Assembly: GCA_013139985.1 (NCBI GenBank)
Contig: WSZT01000246.1
Span: forward strand, 1-32,000
Source: Candidatus Methanophagales archaeon
GTDB taxonomy: Archaea; Halobacteriota; Syntropharchaeia; Alkanophagales; Methanospirareceae
Direction of reading: 5' to 3'
Length of the DNA: 32,000 nucleotides
In this document: positions 17,327 to 26,659 of the stretch, in pieces
Layout of the letters: each line of letters begins with the position of its first letter
How positions within the stretch are numbered: position 1 is the stretch's first letter
The notes under the pieces: model-generated
The model's input: the letters and a program-made list of their open reading frames with translations, nothing else
Told to the model about the DNA's origin: nothing
Database searches by the model: none
Translations under genes and position numbers: made by a program

Positions 17327-18532
17327 ATGGTCCGTTTAGATAGGGATAAAAAAGCCGCTTTAGTATCCATAGTGGTAACAGCCTTTCTCGTAGTCATAAA
17401 ATATACCATTGGCCTCCTTTCCGGAAGCATTGCCTTGATTGCGGATGCCGTTCACTCTTTTACTGATGTTATAAGTTCCATCGGTGTCTTTATCGGTCTT
17501 AAGATTTCAAGTCGTAAGCCCACAGAAACTTTCCCATACGGATTTTACAAAGCAGAGAATATAGTAAGCCTGTTCCTTGCACTTGCGATCTTTTATGCAG
17601 GATATGAGATTGTTCTCACATCGGTCGAGAAGTTTGAAGCGGGTGCACTGACAAATGTTCCGGCTGCGATCTCAGTTGCACTGGCATCGCTGGTGCTCAC
17701 ATTGCTTTTGAGCAGTTATAAGCTCAAGGTCGGTCGAGAGATGAACTCGCCCAGCTTAATCGCCGATGGCAAGCATACAAGAGCAGACGTTTATGCTTCC
17801 GCAGTCGTATTGCTTGGCATAGTGGGCAATTATCTGGGTTTCTATGCCCTTGACCAGATGGCGGGTATTCTGATCGCTGTATTCATCTTCAAATCAGGCT
17901 ACGAGATATTAAAAGATTCGATAAAGGTCCTTTTGGACGCATCCATAGATTATGAGAGCCTTCATAGGATAAGAGAGATAGCCTCTGAGGTTCATGGCGT
18001 CAGAAAGATAGACTCATTGAAGGCGAGAAGCTCTGGTAAATTCATATTTGTAGAGCTGGAAATAGAAACGAACCTGAGAGACCTTGAAAGGGCACATCAA
18101 CTGAGCGATAAGATCGAGGATCAGATAAAATCCGAGCGGAAAGACGTAGATAAGGTCATAATACATATAGAACCAGAAGAGAAGGAATTTGTACGGTATG
18201 CTGTCCCATGCACGGAAAATAACGGTATGCGATCTAAAGTCTCCATGCATTTCGGGGGGGCGGAATATTTCTGTATATTTGATATAAAGACAGAAGATAG
18301 AGAACTGACCGACATGAGATTCATAAAAAATCCGTTTATTGCATTAGAGAAAAGAAAGGGGCTTAAGGCCGCTGAACTTCTGGTTGCAAGTAATATAGAT
18401 AAATTAGTTACAAAAGAGAGCATAGCAAAAAAGAGTCCGTTCTATGTCTTGGAAGATGCTTATGTAGAGTCGGATGTGACAGATGCTGACACTATCGGAG
18501 AGGTCATCGACAACCTTTCTTTGTATAAATAG
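17327..18532 (+). CDS. cation diffusion facilitator (CDF) transporter fused to a NifX/NifB-C-like (MTH1175-type) domain
   Basis: Six TM helices with the HSFTD and ADGKHTRAD metal-site motifs, a CDF cytoplasmic domain, and then about 115 aa (RYAVPC..VSMHFGGAEYFCIFDI...GLKAAELLVASNIDKLVT...) that fit the FeMo-cofactor-binding-like fold pattern. Confidence 0.85.
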   Translation: MVRLDRDKKAALVSIVVTAFLVVIKYTIGLLSGSIALIADAVHSFTDVISSIGVFIGLKISSRKPTETFPYGFYKAENIVSLFLALAIFYAGYEIVLTSVEKFEAGALTNVPAAISVALASLVLTLLLSSYKLKVGREMNSPSLIADGKHTRADVYASAVVLLGIVGNYLGFYALDQMAGILIAVFIFKSGYEILKDSIKVLLDASIDYESLHRIREIASEVHGVRKIDSLKARSSGKFIFVELEIETNLRDLERAHQLSDKIEDQIKSERKDVDKVIIHIEPEEKEFVRYAVPCTENNGMRSKVSMHFGGAEYFCIFDIKTEDRELTDMRFIKNPFIALEKRKGLKAAELLVASNIDKLVTKESIAKKSPFYVLEDAYVESDVTDADTIGEVIDNLSLYK

Positions 18533-18583
18533 AAATAGTCCTAAAATTTAGTAAATTAATTATTGGTCTGGGGATATAGACAG

Positions 18584-19321
18584 ATGAATAGAAGAGATAA
18601 AAAAGAAGAAATTGGAGTCAGTTTTCAACAAGAGACGAAATATCAAAGAGGACATCTTCCCGCTTGGCACTTAGATTGGACGTGCAAACCGGATACGTAT
18701 AAGCGGTATCCATCCGCGCCAAAAGTCCCGCTCGAACCACCGAAAGAGGAAGGAGGAGCACCGTTATGGGAAGTCATGAGACACCGCCGAAGCGTTCGAA
18801 ACTTCAACAATGAGCCGATGACAAAATCAGAACTCTCTCAACTCTTGTGGGCAGCACAGGGTATTACCAACTCCGAATCGGGGTTCCGAACCGCGCCATC
18901 AGCCGGAGCGTTGTATCCCGTAGAAACATATCTCGTGATTAATCGCGTGGAGCACATTGACCCTGGAATTTATCATTATGCCGTGGATATGCACGAGCTC
19001 GAACAGTTACAAGCGGGAGATTTTCGTATCCCTGTTGCACAGTCTGCTCTCGATCAAGAAATGGCGTACCATGCAAGCATGGTCTTCATCTGGACTGCCA
19101 TCTGCGAACGTTCAAAGTGGAAATACAAGCAAAGAGCCTACCGCTACATATATTTGGATGCTGGACATATAGCGCAGAACGTGACGTTAGCCGCAGTTGC
19201 ACTGAATCTCGACAGTTGTCAGGTGGGTGCGCTCTACGATGACGAAGTAAACGCTTTGTTGGGCGTAGATGGCACAGAGGAGTGTGTAGTTTACATGACG
19301 GTCCTTGGAAAGGCAAAATAG
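18584..19321 (+). CDS. SagB-type dehydrogenase / nitroreductase-family protein
   Basis: Start moved to the ATG (MNRRDKK). Motifs RRSVRNF, LSQLLWAAQGIT, PSAGALYP, YIYLDAGHIAQNV. Confidence 0.75.
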   Translation: MNRRDKKEEIGVSFQQETKYQRGHLPAWHLDWTCKPDTYKRYPSAPKVPLEPPKEEGGAPLWEVMRHRRSVRNFNNEPMTKSELSQLLWAAQGITNSESGFRTAPSAGALYPVETYLVINRVEHIDPGIYHYAVDMHELEQLQAGDFRIPVAQSALDQEMAYHASMVFIWTAICERSKWKYKQRAYRYIYLDAGHIAQNVTLAAVALNLDSCQVGALYDDEVNALLGVDGTEECVVYMTVLGKAK

Positions 19322-19338
19322 ACGGGAAAATACTAGGG

Positions 19339-19539
19339 CTAGCATTCGTCAGGCAGTGGAATCTGATGAAACTTTAGTTCATCTCTATCGCAGTGACGGA
19401 GAAGATTTTTCGGGTTGATGCGCAACAATTTTACGAGCAGACGGGCTTCGCGAAACGAAAAAACTACACGCTTCTTCTTACGCTTATCCTCCACGCCATA
19501 GTTGAAAATATTGAGTGAATATGCTATTTCCATTCTCAT
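19339..19539 (-). CDS. small hypothetical protein (about 66 aa), doubtful
   Basis: The ORF fills the SagB/larE spacer. It has a basic core (KRKKKR) and an H/C-rich tail (HCDRDELKFHQIPLPDEC). There is no recognisable family and no clear promoter. Confidence 0.25.
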   Translation of the reverse strand: MRMEIAYSLNIFNYGVEDKRKKKRVVFSFREARLLVKLLRINPKNLLRHCDRDELKFHQIPLPDEC

Positions 19540-19601
19540 ATATGGTATTAATATCGCTGGGAAAGTTATGTAACTAAGCAAATACAATATGTTGATACAC
19601 A

Positions 19602-20399
19602 ATGGAAAAACTTAAGCTGCTGAAGAAAGAAATAGAAGAAAAAGAGAACTTACTTGTTGCTTTCTCTGGTGGTGTGGACAGTGGCTTTCTACTTAAAGTA
19701 GCCCATGATGTACTTGGTGAAAAGGTATTAGCAGTAACAGTATACAGTGAACTGTTCCCGAAAAGGGAATTAGAAGAAGTCGAGAGCTTTTTAAAGCTCT
19801 CCTGTATCTCTTATAAGATAGCGCAGTTCTATCCGCTAAGAAACGACAATTTTGTCGGAAATCAGTGTAACCGATGCTACTATTGCAAGCGTGATTTTGC
19901 GATGCTATTAAAGGATATTGCGACTGAGGAAGGCATAACAACCATCGCAGAAGGCGTTACCTCTTCCGATATTGATGAATACCGACCTGGCATTGCCGCA
20001 TCTAAAGAGGAAGGGGTATGGCATCCTCTTGTTGAGGTTGGCATTACAAAACACGAGGTAAGGCAAATAGCAAAGGATATAGGACTACCTTTTTGGGATA
20101 AACCCCCTTCTCCTTGTTTAGCTACAAGGATAGAATACGGAGAGCGGATAACGCCGGAAAAAATTAAGATGATAGGAGAGGCAGAGGCTTTCTTGAAGGA
20201 TTTGGGGTTCAAGCAACTTAGGGTTAGACTGCATCGTGGCGGTATAGCGAGGATAGAGGTGGATAAGGAAGAACTGGCTGGTTTTTTTGATACTAACGTG
20301 CTTAGGGTGGTATCCAGAAGATTAAAAACGCTTGGGTTCAATTACGTCACGCTTGACCTCGAAGGATTCCGGAGTGGTAGTATGGATACAGGTAAATAA
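19602..20399 (+). CDS. larE: PP-loop ATP pyrophosphatase, LarE-like sulfur transferase family
   Basis: SGGVDS PP-loop, CYYCK, and PSPCLATRI motifs. 265 aa. Confidence 0.8.
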   Translation: MEKLKLLKKEIEEKENLLVAFSGGVDSGFLLKVAHDVLGEKVLAVTVYSELFPKRELEEVESFLKLSCISYKIAQFYPLRNDNFVGNQCNRCYYCKRDFAMLLKDIATEEGITTIAEGVTSSDIDEYRPGIAASKEEGVWHPLVEVGITKHEVRQIAKDIGLPFWDKPPSPCLATRIEYGERITPEKIKMIGEAEAFLKDLGFKQLRVRLHRGGIARIEVDKEELAGFFDTNVLRVVSRRLKTLGFNYVTLDLEGFRSGSMDTGK

Positions 20400-20485
20400 A
20401 TCGTATTTGCTCAATATCCGGTGGATTAAAATTCCAAACTACAAATCCCAAATGCCAAACAATACCCAATGTCAAAATTCCAATG

Positions 20486-20518
20486 TTCAAAACACTCTTG
20501 CTAAGGGTTTGTTTTGAA
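20486..20518. terminator. perfect 9-bp hairpin between convergent genes
   Basis: TTCAAAACA (20486-20494) pairs with TGTTTTGAA (20510-20518), with a 15-nt loop. Confidence 0.35.
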
Positions 20519-20657
20519 TTTAGATATTTGAATTTATTTGTGATTTGATGCTTGGGATTTTCCACAATCTAGTGAGCATGTACGGAGAATTTGTCCACTA
20601 TAAAGGTTATCAGAGATACGAATCTTTTCTTTTCGTTTACTCCTTACTAATAGTTAG

Positions 20658-21869
20658 TTATTCTGTTATATGGCAGTAAACGGATGTACTGGTTGGACCT
20701 ATATCCACATCCAATGTAAAACATGCCTCGAATGGTTCCTCGGAGATAATAGGTACTACGCGATCTAAGGGTAGACTAGGTCTTAGCACGCCGAAGTCTG
20801 CACCTTCATGCAGGAGCGCCTCACCACTAGGCGTACAATCCCAAATGACGTGTGCATCCGAATAAAAATCAGGTTCAAGCAGTAAGTTATTGCCCTCTCT
20901 TTGCCCTCTGATTTCGACAGAGAAGGGCATTGGACCGGTTTTGCAAGTAACCCTTTCTTTATGCTTATATTCGTCATACCGCCAACTAATTTCCCATTCG
21001 CTATATCCCAATCCTGAACCATTAATCATGCCATCATCGTCAATATCAAATGTGAAATCATACTCATCTAAGAAAGACTGGTATCCTGCACCTCCGATAC
21101 CGTTGGGATCACCAACCTCGAAAAAAGCTCTATAATATCCGCTGTAATTGCCTTTATTACAGTCAAGGACAAAATCGACCTGGAAATCTTCTTTGCACTT
21201 TAAGTCAACAATCTTCGTCTGGGTATCCTTTCCGTTCTCACAGGTTGCTTTCACTTCTGCTTTTCCTTCTGCATTTGCGATTAGAAGGTAGTAGCCCAAA
21301 AAATCTGTGGGGTAGGAGTCCTTATTCCCTGCGGAATCGGTTATTTCAACTTTGGCACCTTCGATGTATTCTCCATTCATGTCCGTGATTTCTCCATTGA
21401 TGAGTATTTCACCATCAAACAATCTAAAATCATGTGTTTTTGTTTTTCCCGCTCGCAGCGTAACATCATATTCACAGTGCATAGGACATTTCTCTTCACT
21501 TTCCGCATATTCTGCGCAGCAATCATAGGTAGCTTCCATATTTGGATAGGGTACACTAAAAACATCCTCTTTTAGAAATATATCCTCTATGGTGTAACTG
21601 CCATCCCCTTTAGAAAATGCTCTATTAAAATCGCTCTTAACCATAACCTTTGCATCCTCAACTGGATTTCCTTCAGTATCCCGGACGGTACCTGTCATCC
21701 TGCATGAGGCGGCAACAAGAGGAACGTCTAGCCCATAAGTGGCACCCGCTTCGGTTACCCTCACAGTGGAATAAAGCTTAGTAGTCTCAAAGAGAAAATG
21801 CTCGCTCTCACTATAAGCATCCATTAATTTGTATTCACCCAAAAAAGAGCTGGAATTATTACTTGCCAA
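20658..21869 (-). CDS. C-terminal segment of a large secreted protein (carboxypeptidase-regulatory-like beta-sandwich repeats)
   Basis: 403-aa ORF beginning at a TTG with no signal peptide. Motifs GTVRDTEGNPVEDAKVMV...GSYTIEDI and GEITDMNGEYIEGAKVEI. It appears to continue from ORF 21824-22467 after a frameshift. Confidence 0.6.
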   Translation of the reverse strand: MASNNSSSFLGEYKLMDAYSESEHFLFETTKLYSTVRVTEAGATYGLDVPLVAASCRMTGTVRDTEGNPVEDAKVMVKSDFNRAFSKGDGSYTIEDIFLKEDVFSVPYPNMEATYDCCAEYAESEEKCPMHCEYDVTLRAGKTKTHDFRLFDGEILINGEITDMNGEYIEGAKVEITDSAGNKDSYPTDFLGYYLLIANAEGKAEVKATCENGKDTQTKIVDLKCKEDFQVDFVLDCNKGNYSGYYRAFFEVGDPNGIGGAGYQSFLDEYDFTFDIDDDGMINGSGLGYSEWEISWRYDEYKHKERVTCKTGPMPFSVEIRGQREGNNLLLEPDFYSDAHVIWDCTPSGEALLHEGADFGVLRPSLPLDRVVPIISEEPFEACFTLDVDIGPTSTSVYCHITE

Positions 21870-22467
21870 CTCCCGATACCACGCGTAAGGGAAATGAGAA
21901 AATCTTTTTCCTCACAATAAACTGCGAGCTCAACCTTGCTGGGGCTTTCCTCATAATCCCCGTCCAGACGAACATTCAAGTTTATATATGCACAACCGGA
22001 TGTAGTAGGAAACCCATACGGCTCGAAGACCGAGAAATGACGAGTACAAAACGTGACGGCTTTCGAGTCCCCATCAACTTTCTCGGGGACAATGAAAGTA
22101 GTGTTACCGCTCTCGTCACGTGCGATAACAAAAAGCTCGCCCTCCACTCCGGTAACGTTTAGCGGCAGCGTTACCCGAATCGAAACCTCAAACTTAACAC
22201 CTTCCGGATAGAATCGGTATGCTTTACCCACCGATTTCGCACCTGCGAATTCATAAGCTATGGATGGGCTTTCGTTCACACTGAAATTGTACGATTCGCT
22301 CAATGGAGCGAGAGGCGTTAGCTCGATGTTCTCCACGAACTGGAGAACCTCACCCACAGAAGTAACTGTGGCTGATGTTGATTCCCTACCACCCCGCCGT
22401 AGGCAACCACGCACACACAACTCAGCAGCAAAAGCAGCACTAACATCCGAGATACTAACTTTTTCAT
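21824..22467 (-). pseudogene. N-terminal segments of the same secreted protein (signal peptide in a third frame)
   Basis: The ATG at 22467 gives MKKLVSRMLVLLLLLSCVCVVAYGG, then runs out of frame. Restoring one G in the GGGG run (plus-strand CCCC at 22392-22395) joins it to GGRESTSATVTSVGEVLQFVENIEL... of the 272-aa ORF. Confidence 0.6.
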
Positions 22468-22553
22468 TTTTAGCACTACCTTTTTTATACTTCCGTCTAA
22501 AATTTATTATCTGTGGATACATAAAAAGCTTTAGGAGGTGAAAAGGGAAAAAG

Positions 22554-23696
22554 ATGAAAAGCGAAAATGTGAAATTTAGAAAACAAAAGGCATTGATAAT
22601 CTCTGTTCTATTCCTCATGCTTGCATTCGCAATTGTAAGCATTGGATGCGCATCATCCGCCGATCTAAATGATGGCTTAGTTGCCTACTACCCATTCAAT
22701 GGTAATGCTAATGATGAGAGTGGAAATGGGTATAATGGAACGGTAGATGGAGCGACTCTGACAACTGATAGGTTTGGAAATGCCAGTTCTGCATACTATT
22801 TTGATGGTAACGATGACTTTATTTATGCACCGGTGAACATAAATCCGGACATAATGCCAAGCATGACTATGTCTGCTTGGGTTAGAGCGGATGAAGACTC
22901 GTCAATTAGGCAGGTTATTTCTCATGATAATCGTGGCTATGATCGTTCCTTAGGTATCGATTCCCGGGGTGGTGGAATAGGTTGGTCCGCTTTTAGTGGC
23001 TCAGGAGATGTTTTGGGATATTCCCCAGTTACAATAGGCGAGTGGGTTTTTGTGGCTGTTGTTTACGACCAGAATGTTAGCACCGTAAAACTCTACGTAA
23101 ATGATACTATCTATGAAGGAGAAGGAAACCTCGGATCAGGCTTGGATTATATTCATATAGGTTCCAATCCATCTCATGCAGAGTATTTTGCCGGAGCCAT
23201 AGATGAAGTTCGCATCTATAATTATGCCTTAAATCAATCCGAGATCAAAGAGGATATGGAAAAATGCACTCTATCTACACTACTTAGTTTAGCGGAGGCT
23301 GTGGATAACTCAGGACTTACATGGTTCACAGGCGGGGATGCAGACTGGTCTGGACAGAAATCAACTTATTATTACGATGGAGCTGCAGCACAGAGCGGAA
23401 ACATATCCCATAATCAGTCCACATGGATCCAAACAATGGTATCCGGACCCGGAAACCTGAGCTTCTACTGGAATGTCTCATCAGAAGCAAATTCCGACTC
23501 CCTAGAGTTCTATATTGATTGCATAAAGCAAGATAGTATCAGTGGTGACGTTAATTGGGAGCAGAAGAGCTATGACATAGGTCCTGGATTGCATACACTG
23601 ATGTGGAAATATAGGAAAAACGAGAGTATTGACGGCGGATTAGATTGCGGGTGGCTGGACAAGGTGACATTTAGTGCTGGTTCGACACTAGACTAA
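22554..23696 (+). CDS. secreted LamG/concanavalin-A-like lectin domain protein with a second beta-sandwich domain
   Basis: Signal/lipobox-like N-terminus (LAFAIVSIGCASS). LVAYYPFNGNANDESGNGYNGT...WVFVAVVYD...KLYVNDT...IDEVRIYNYALNQSEI is the LamG_3 pattern. AGGAGGTGA lies 11 nt upstream. Confidence 0.75.
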   Translation: MKSENVKFRKQKALIISVLFLMLAFAIVSIGCASSADLNDGLVAYYPFNGNANDESGNGYNGTVDGATLTTDRFGNASSAYYFDGNDDFIYAPVNINPDIMPSMTMSAWVRADEDSSIRQVISHDNRGYDRSLGIDSRGGGIGWSAFSGSGDVLGYSPVTIGEWVFVAVVYDQNVSTVKLYVNDTIYEGEGNLGSGLDYIHIGSNPSHAEYFAGAIDEVRIYNYALNQSEIKEDMEKCTLSTLLSLAEAVDNSGLTWFTGGDADWSGQKSTYYYDGAAAQSGNISHNQSTWIQTMVSGPGNLSFYWNVSSEANSDSLEFYIDCIKQDSISGDVNWEQKSYDIGPGLHTLMWKYRKNESIDGGLDCGWLDKVTFSAGSTLD

Positions 23697-23722
23697 TGTC
23701 TCGGTACGAACACCGGGATGAC

Positions 23723-23758
23723 AAAAAAACAAAAAATAACGTGTTTTTTTTTATTTTT
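23723..23758. terminator. bidirectional A-run/T-run terminator between convergent genes
   Basis: A7-C-A6 ... T9-A-T5 gives oligo-T tracts on both strands. Confidence 0.45.
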
Positions 23759-23852
23759 ACCACGTCTTTGCAGATGCTGCACCAATGGAAACATAAACTA
23801 TCAGAAAAGCAATACCCCAATATCCCGGTATTCATTTTTCCATTCGTTAATA

Positions 23853-25313
23853 TCACGCCAACATCTTTTCTACTTCGGCGATCGGAACCCGAACCTGCTT
23901 CATCGTATCTCTTTCCCGTATCGTCACTGCATCATCATCCAGGGTTTCGTAATCTATGGTGATACAGTATGGCGTGCCTATCTCATCCTGACGCCGATAC
24001 CGCCTGCCAATACTGCCAGATCCATCATATTCAACGAATATTGATGCATCGCGCAGATTTTGAAACACTTCCCTCGCTTTTTCTTTCAACTCAGCCTTGT
24101 TAAGTAAAGGAAAAACAGCCGCTTTTATCGGTGCGAGTTCGGTTTTCAACTTCAGCACTTGCCGGTTCTCTTTCCCCACTTGCTCTTTATAATATGCACT
24201 TTCCAGTAGCGCATAAAATATCCGGTCTATACCGTAAGAGGGCTCAATCACATGCGGTATTATCTTTCCCTGCTCTGTACGCACACTCATATCGGTATTA
24301 GAAGAAGATGCATGCGCTTTGAGGTCATAATCACCTCTATCTGCCACCCCTACTATCTCCATCCAACCATACCTATCACTAAGGAACTCGGCATCCCAGC
24401 AATCGGTAGCATAATGCGCCATCTCATCACGGCGATGCTGCCTGAACCGTAGCTTAGCACGAGTAATACCTAGCCCCTCTAAGAACTCGTCCACCTTCGC
24501 TATATGATACCCTAAATACTCATTTGCAATTATCCCACTTCTAACAGCTTCTCCTACGCTCTTATCCTCGTAATTCTCAATGCCTAATTCGTAATTCGTA
24601 TTTGAACTCGCGGGAACGAGCCGCAGCTGCCTATCCGCCACAGTTTCAAATTCGGGATGGCTGTTCTTATCACTCGGTGCTACAAACACCTCCACCTCTG
24701 CCAGTGTGAACTCGCGTAACCGAATAAGGCTTTGCCTTGGTGAAATCTCATTTCGATATGCCCTGCCTATTTGTATTATCCCAAAGGGCAGTTTATCCCG
24801 GTTGAATCGTAGCAGACGTTGAAAATTGAGAAAGATACCCTGTGCCGTTTCAGGTCGCAGATAAGCTTCACTTTTCGTCTTTTCTTCGCTACCCGCTTTA
24901 GGCACGCCTATTCTCGTCTGAAACATCAGATTAATTTCGCCTGCAGCTTCAAGCACACCACCACAGTCCGGGCATCTTTTACCTACATCCAGATCTTCAG
25001 CCACCCGAAAGAAGTTCTTACAGCGTGTACACACAACTGTCGGATCTGTAAAGCTTTCCAAGTGTCCCGACGCCTCAAATACGCTTCGTGGTAGTACACT
25101 TGTCGTCTCTATCTCGTAAAAGCCTTCCCTCATATAAAAATCCCGCCATTGGTTTTCTACCCGCCTTTTTAGCCCTGCACCTAATGGACCGTAATCATAA
25201 AAACCCGCAGCCGCACCATATATCTCAAAAGCCTGCCCTAAGTAGCCCCTTCTACGTGCAAGCTCGGCCACTTCCTCTTTCGGCGCTCCTTTACTACTTC
25301 CTGTATCGGTCAT
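23853..25313 (-). CDS. glyS: glycine--tRNA ligase (archaeal/eukaryal alpha2 type)
   Basis: YGPLGAGLKRRVENQW, LRPETAQGIF, FGIIQIGRAYRNEISPR, IEPSYGIDR, plus a C-terminal anticodon-binding domain (GSIGRRYRRQDEIGTPYCITID). Confidence 0.9.
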   Translation of the reverse strand: MTDTGSSKGAPKEEVAELARRRGYLGQAFEIYGAAAGFYDYGPLGAGLKRRVENQWRDFYMREGFYEIETTSVLPRSVFEASGHLESFTDPTVVCTRCKNFFRVAEDLDVGKRCPDCGGVLEAAGEINLMFQTRIGVPKAGSEEKTKSEAYLRPETAQGIFLNFQRLLRFNRDKLPFGIIQIGRAYRNEISPRQSLIRLREFTLAEVEVFVAPSDKNSHPEFETVADRQLRLVPASSNTNYELGIENYEDKSVGEAVRSGIIANEYLGYHIAKVDEFLEGLGITRAKLRFRQHRRDEMAHYATDCWDAEFLSDRYGWMEIVGVADRGDYDLKAHASSSNTDMSVRTEQGKIIPHVIEPSYGIDRIFYALLESAYYKEQVGKENRQVLKLKTELAPIKAAVFPLLNKAELKEKAREVFQNLRDASIFVEYDGSGSIGRRYRRQDEIGTPYCITIDYETLDDDAVTIRERDTMKQVRVPIAEVEKMLA

Positions 25314-25372
25314 TTTTATTGCTTTTAGCTCATATCTAGCTCTTTTCTACTTAAAAAGCGCACCAAAAAAGG

Positions 25373-26245
25373 TCATTGCTCCGTACCTTCAAATAAAACC
25401 CGCAGCAAGTCTCTATCAATAAGCATGCCGGTCAATTTACCCCGTGCGGAAATAATAGGAAGCTGGTCAAATTTGCTCTCACTCATCTTCCTTGCGCAAT
25501 CACTCACCTCGCTATTACGCGTTACTGTAATCACATCCTTTACCAATACCTCCTTCACATGCTTATCCGGTAATTTTATCTTTGATACGTCATAATACAA
25601 TCTCATCGTGTCCCGCATCCCTTCCCAGGTCCATGCATCCTCGTCCGAGCCCAAAGATAAGTCGGATTGTTCTGTTGTATCCTCTATCACCGATACATTT
25701 ATCAAATCCAGGTCGGTTATCAGCCCAACCAATTCAAGCTCCAAATTTAGCACTGGCGCTGCTTTTACCCGTGCAAGCTCCATTATTCTACCCACAACAG
25801 ATAGCGGCATCTCGTCCCATACCGCCATAGTAGTATCCCCTATGTAATTCTCTATGGACTCTTTATAGTCTCTCTTCGCAATTTCTCTAATGAGATCAGC
25901 AATAGATATAAGCCCTACGAGCTTTTCACCTACCACCACGGGCAAACGACGTATTCCATGCGAATGGATAATCTCCGCCGCTTCTGCAATGGTCGCTTCC
26001 GGACTGATTATAATCGGATTTCTGTGCATCAGTAGCGCTATTTGATCCTCATCGCGATTTCTTAGCACGTCTTGTCTTGTAACTACACCCACTACTTGCC
26101 CTTCTTTAAGAACCGGAACCCCGGAGATGCGTTTGCTCTTGCATACCTCCATCAACTGCTCTCTCGTTCCCGGGACTGTAACGTAAGCGACATCATCTAC
26201 CATTACATCCCTTACTTTTGTCCCTTCGCTTTCTTTCCCTTTCAT
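25373..26245 (-). CDS. four-CBS-domain protein
   Basis: 290 aa with four recognisable CBS repeats (..ISGVPVLKEGQVVGVVTRQDVL.., ..IRRLPVVVGEKLVGLISIADL.., ..AAPVLNLELELVGLITDLDL.., ..FDQLPIISARGKLTGMLIDRDLL..). Confidence 0.8.
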   Translation of the reverse strand: MKGKESEGTKVRDVMVDDVAYVTVPGTREQLMEVCKSKRISGVPVLKEGQVVGVVTRQDVLRNRDEDQIALLMHRNPIIISPEATIAEAAEIIHSHGIRRLPVVVGEKLVGLISIADLIREIAKRDYKESIENYIGDTTMAVWDEMPLSVVGRIMELARVKAAPVLNLELELVGLITDLDLINVSVIEDTTEQSDLSLGSDEDAWTWEGMRDTMRLYYDVSKIKLPDKHVKEVLVKDVITVTRNSEVSDCARKMSESKFDQLPIISARGKLTGMLIDRDLLRVLFEGTEQ

Positions 26246-26269
26246 CTCATCATTATTTTCTAAACACTA

Positions 26270-26659
26270 TTATTTTACATCTACCTTGTATTTACCATCA
26301 TAGACTAAAAAAGATATCTCCTTGCCCTGTTCAATTCGGCCCTTCTCCAGCAAATCCGCAGGTATCTTGATTTCTGTGGTCGTGTAGTCTTCCAGATCCA
26401 TAATTTGCGCAGTATCTCCCAAAACAGAGAGTATCTGGCCATTCTTTCGCTCTATTACAGGCACGTAAATCTTCGCAGTAACCGGCTGAATCGCTGTTCT
26501 TTTTTGTGAATCAAAGACACCAATCCCTTCTATCCTCGCTTTTGCTGCCCCATGCTTTCCTGGCTTTGATGTAGACATGTTCACTATCGTGCACGGTTCC
26601 TCATCTAAAATAACATATTTCCCTTCCTTTAAAGTCCTTACCTCTGTTAGCCCCTTCAT
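26270..26659 (-). CDS. eif5a: translation initiation factor 5A (aIF5A)
   Basis: The hypusine loop STSKPGKHGAAKA. 129 aa. Confidence 0.9.
   Translation of the reverse strand: MKGLTEVRTLKEGKYVILDEEPCTIVNMSTSKPGKHGAAKARIEGIGVFDSQKRTAIQPVTAKIYVPVIERKNGQILSVLGDTAQIMDLEDYTTTEIKIPADLLEKGRIEQGKEISFLVYDGKYKVDVK

Noticed and set aside
22468-22642. Upstream part of the 272-aa minus-strand ORF (start at 22642)
   Set aside because: It crosses the divergent promoter and the first 30 codons of the LamG gene. A proper signal peptide starts at 22467 in a neighbouring frame.
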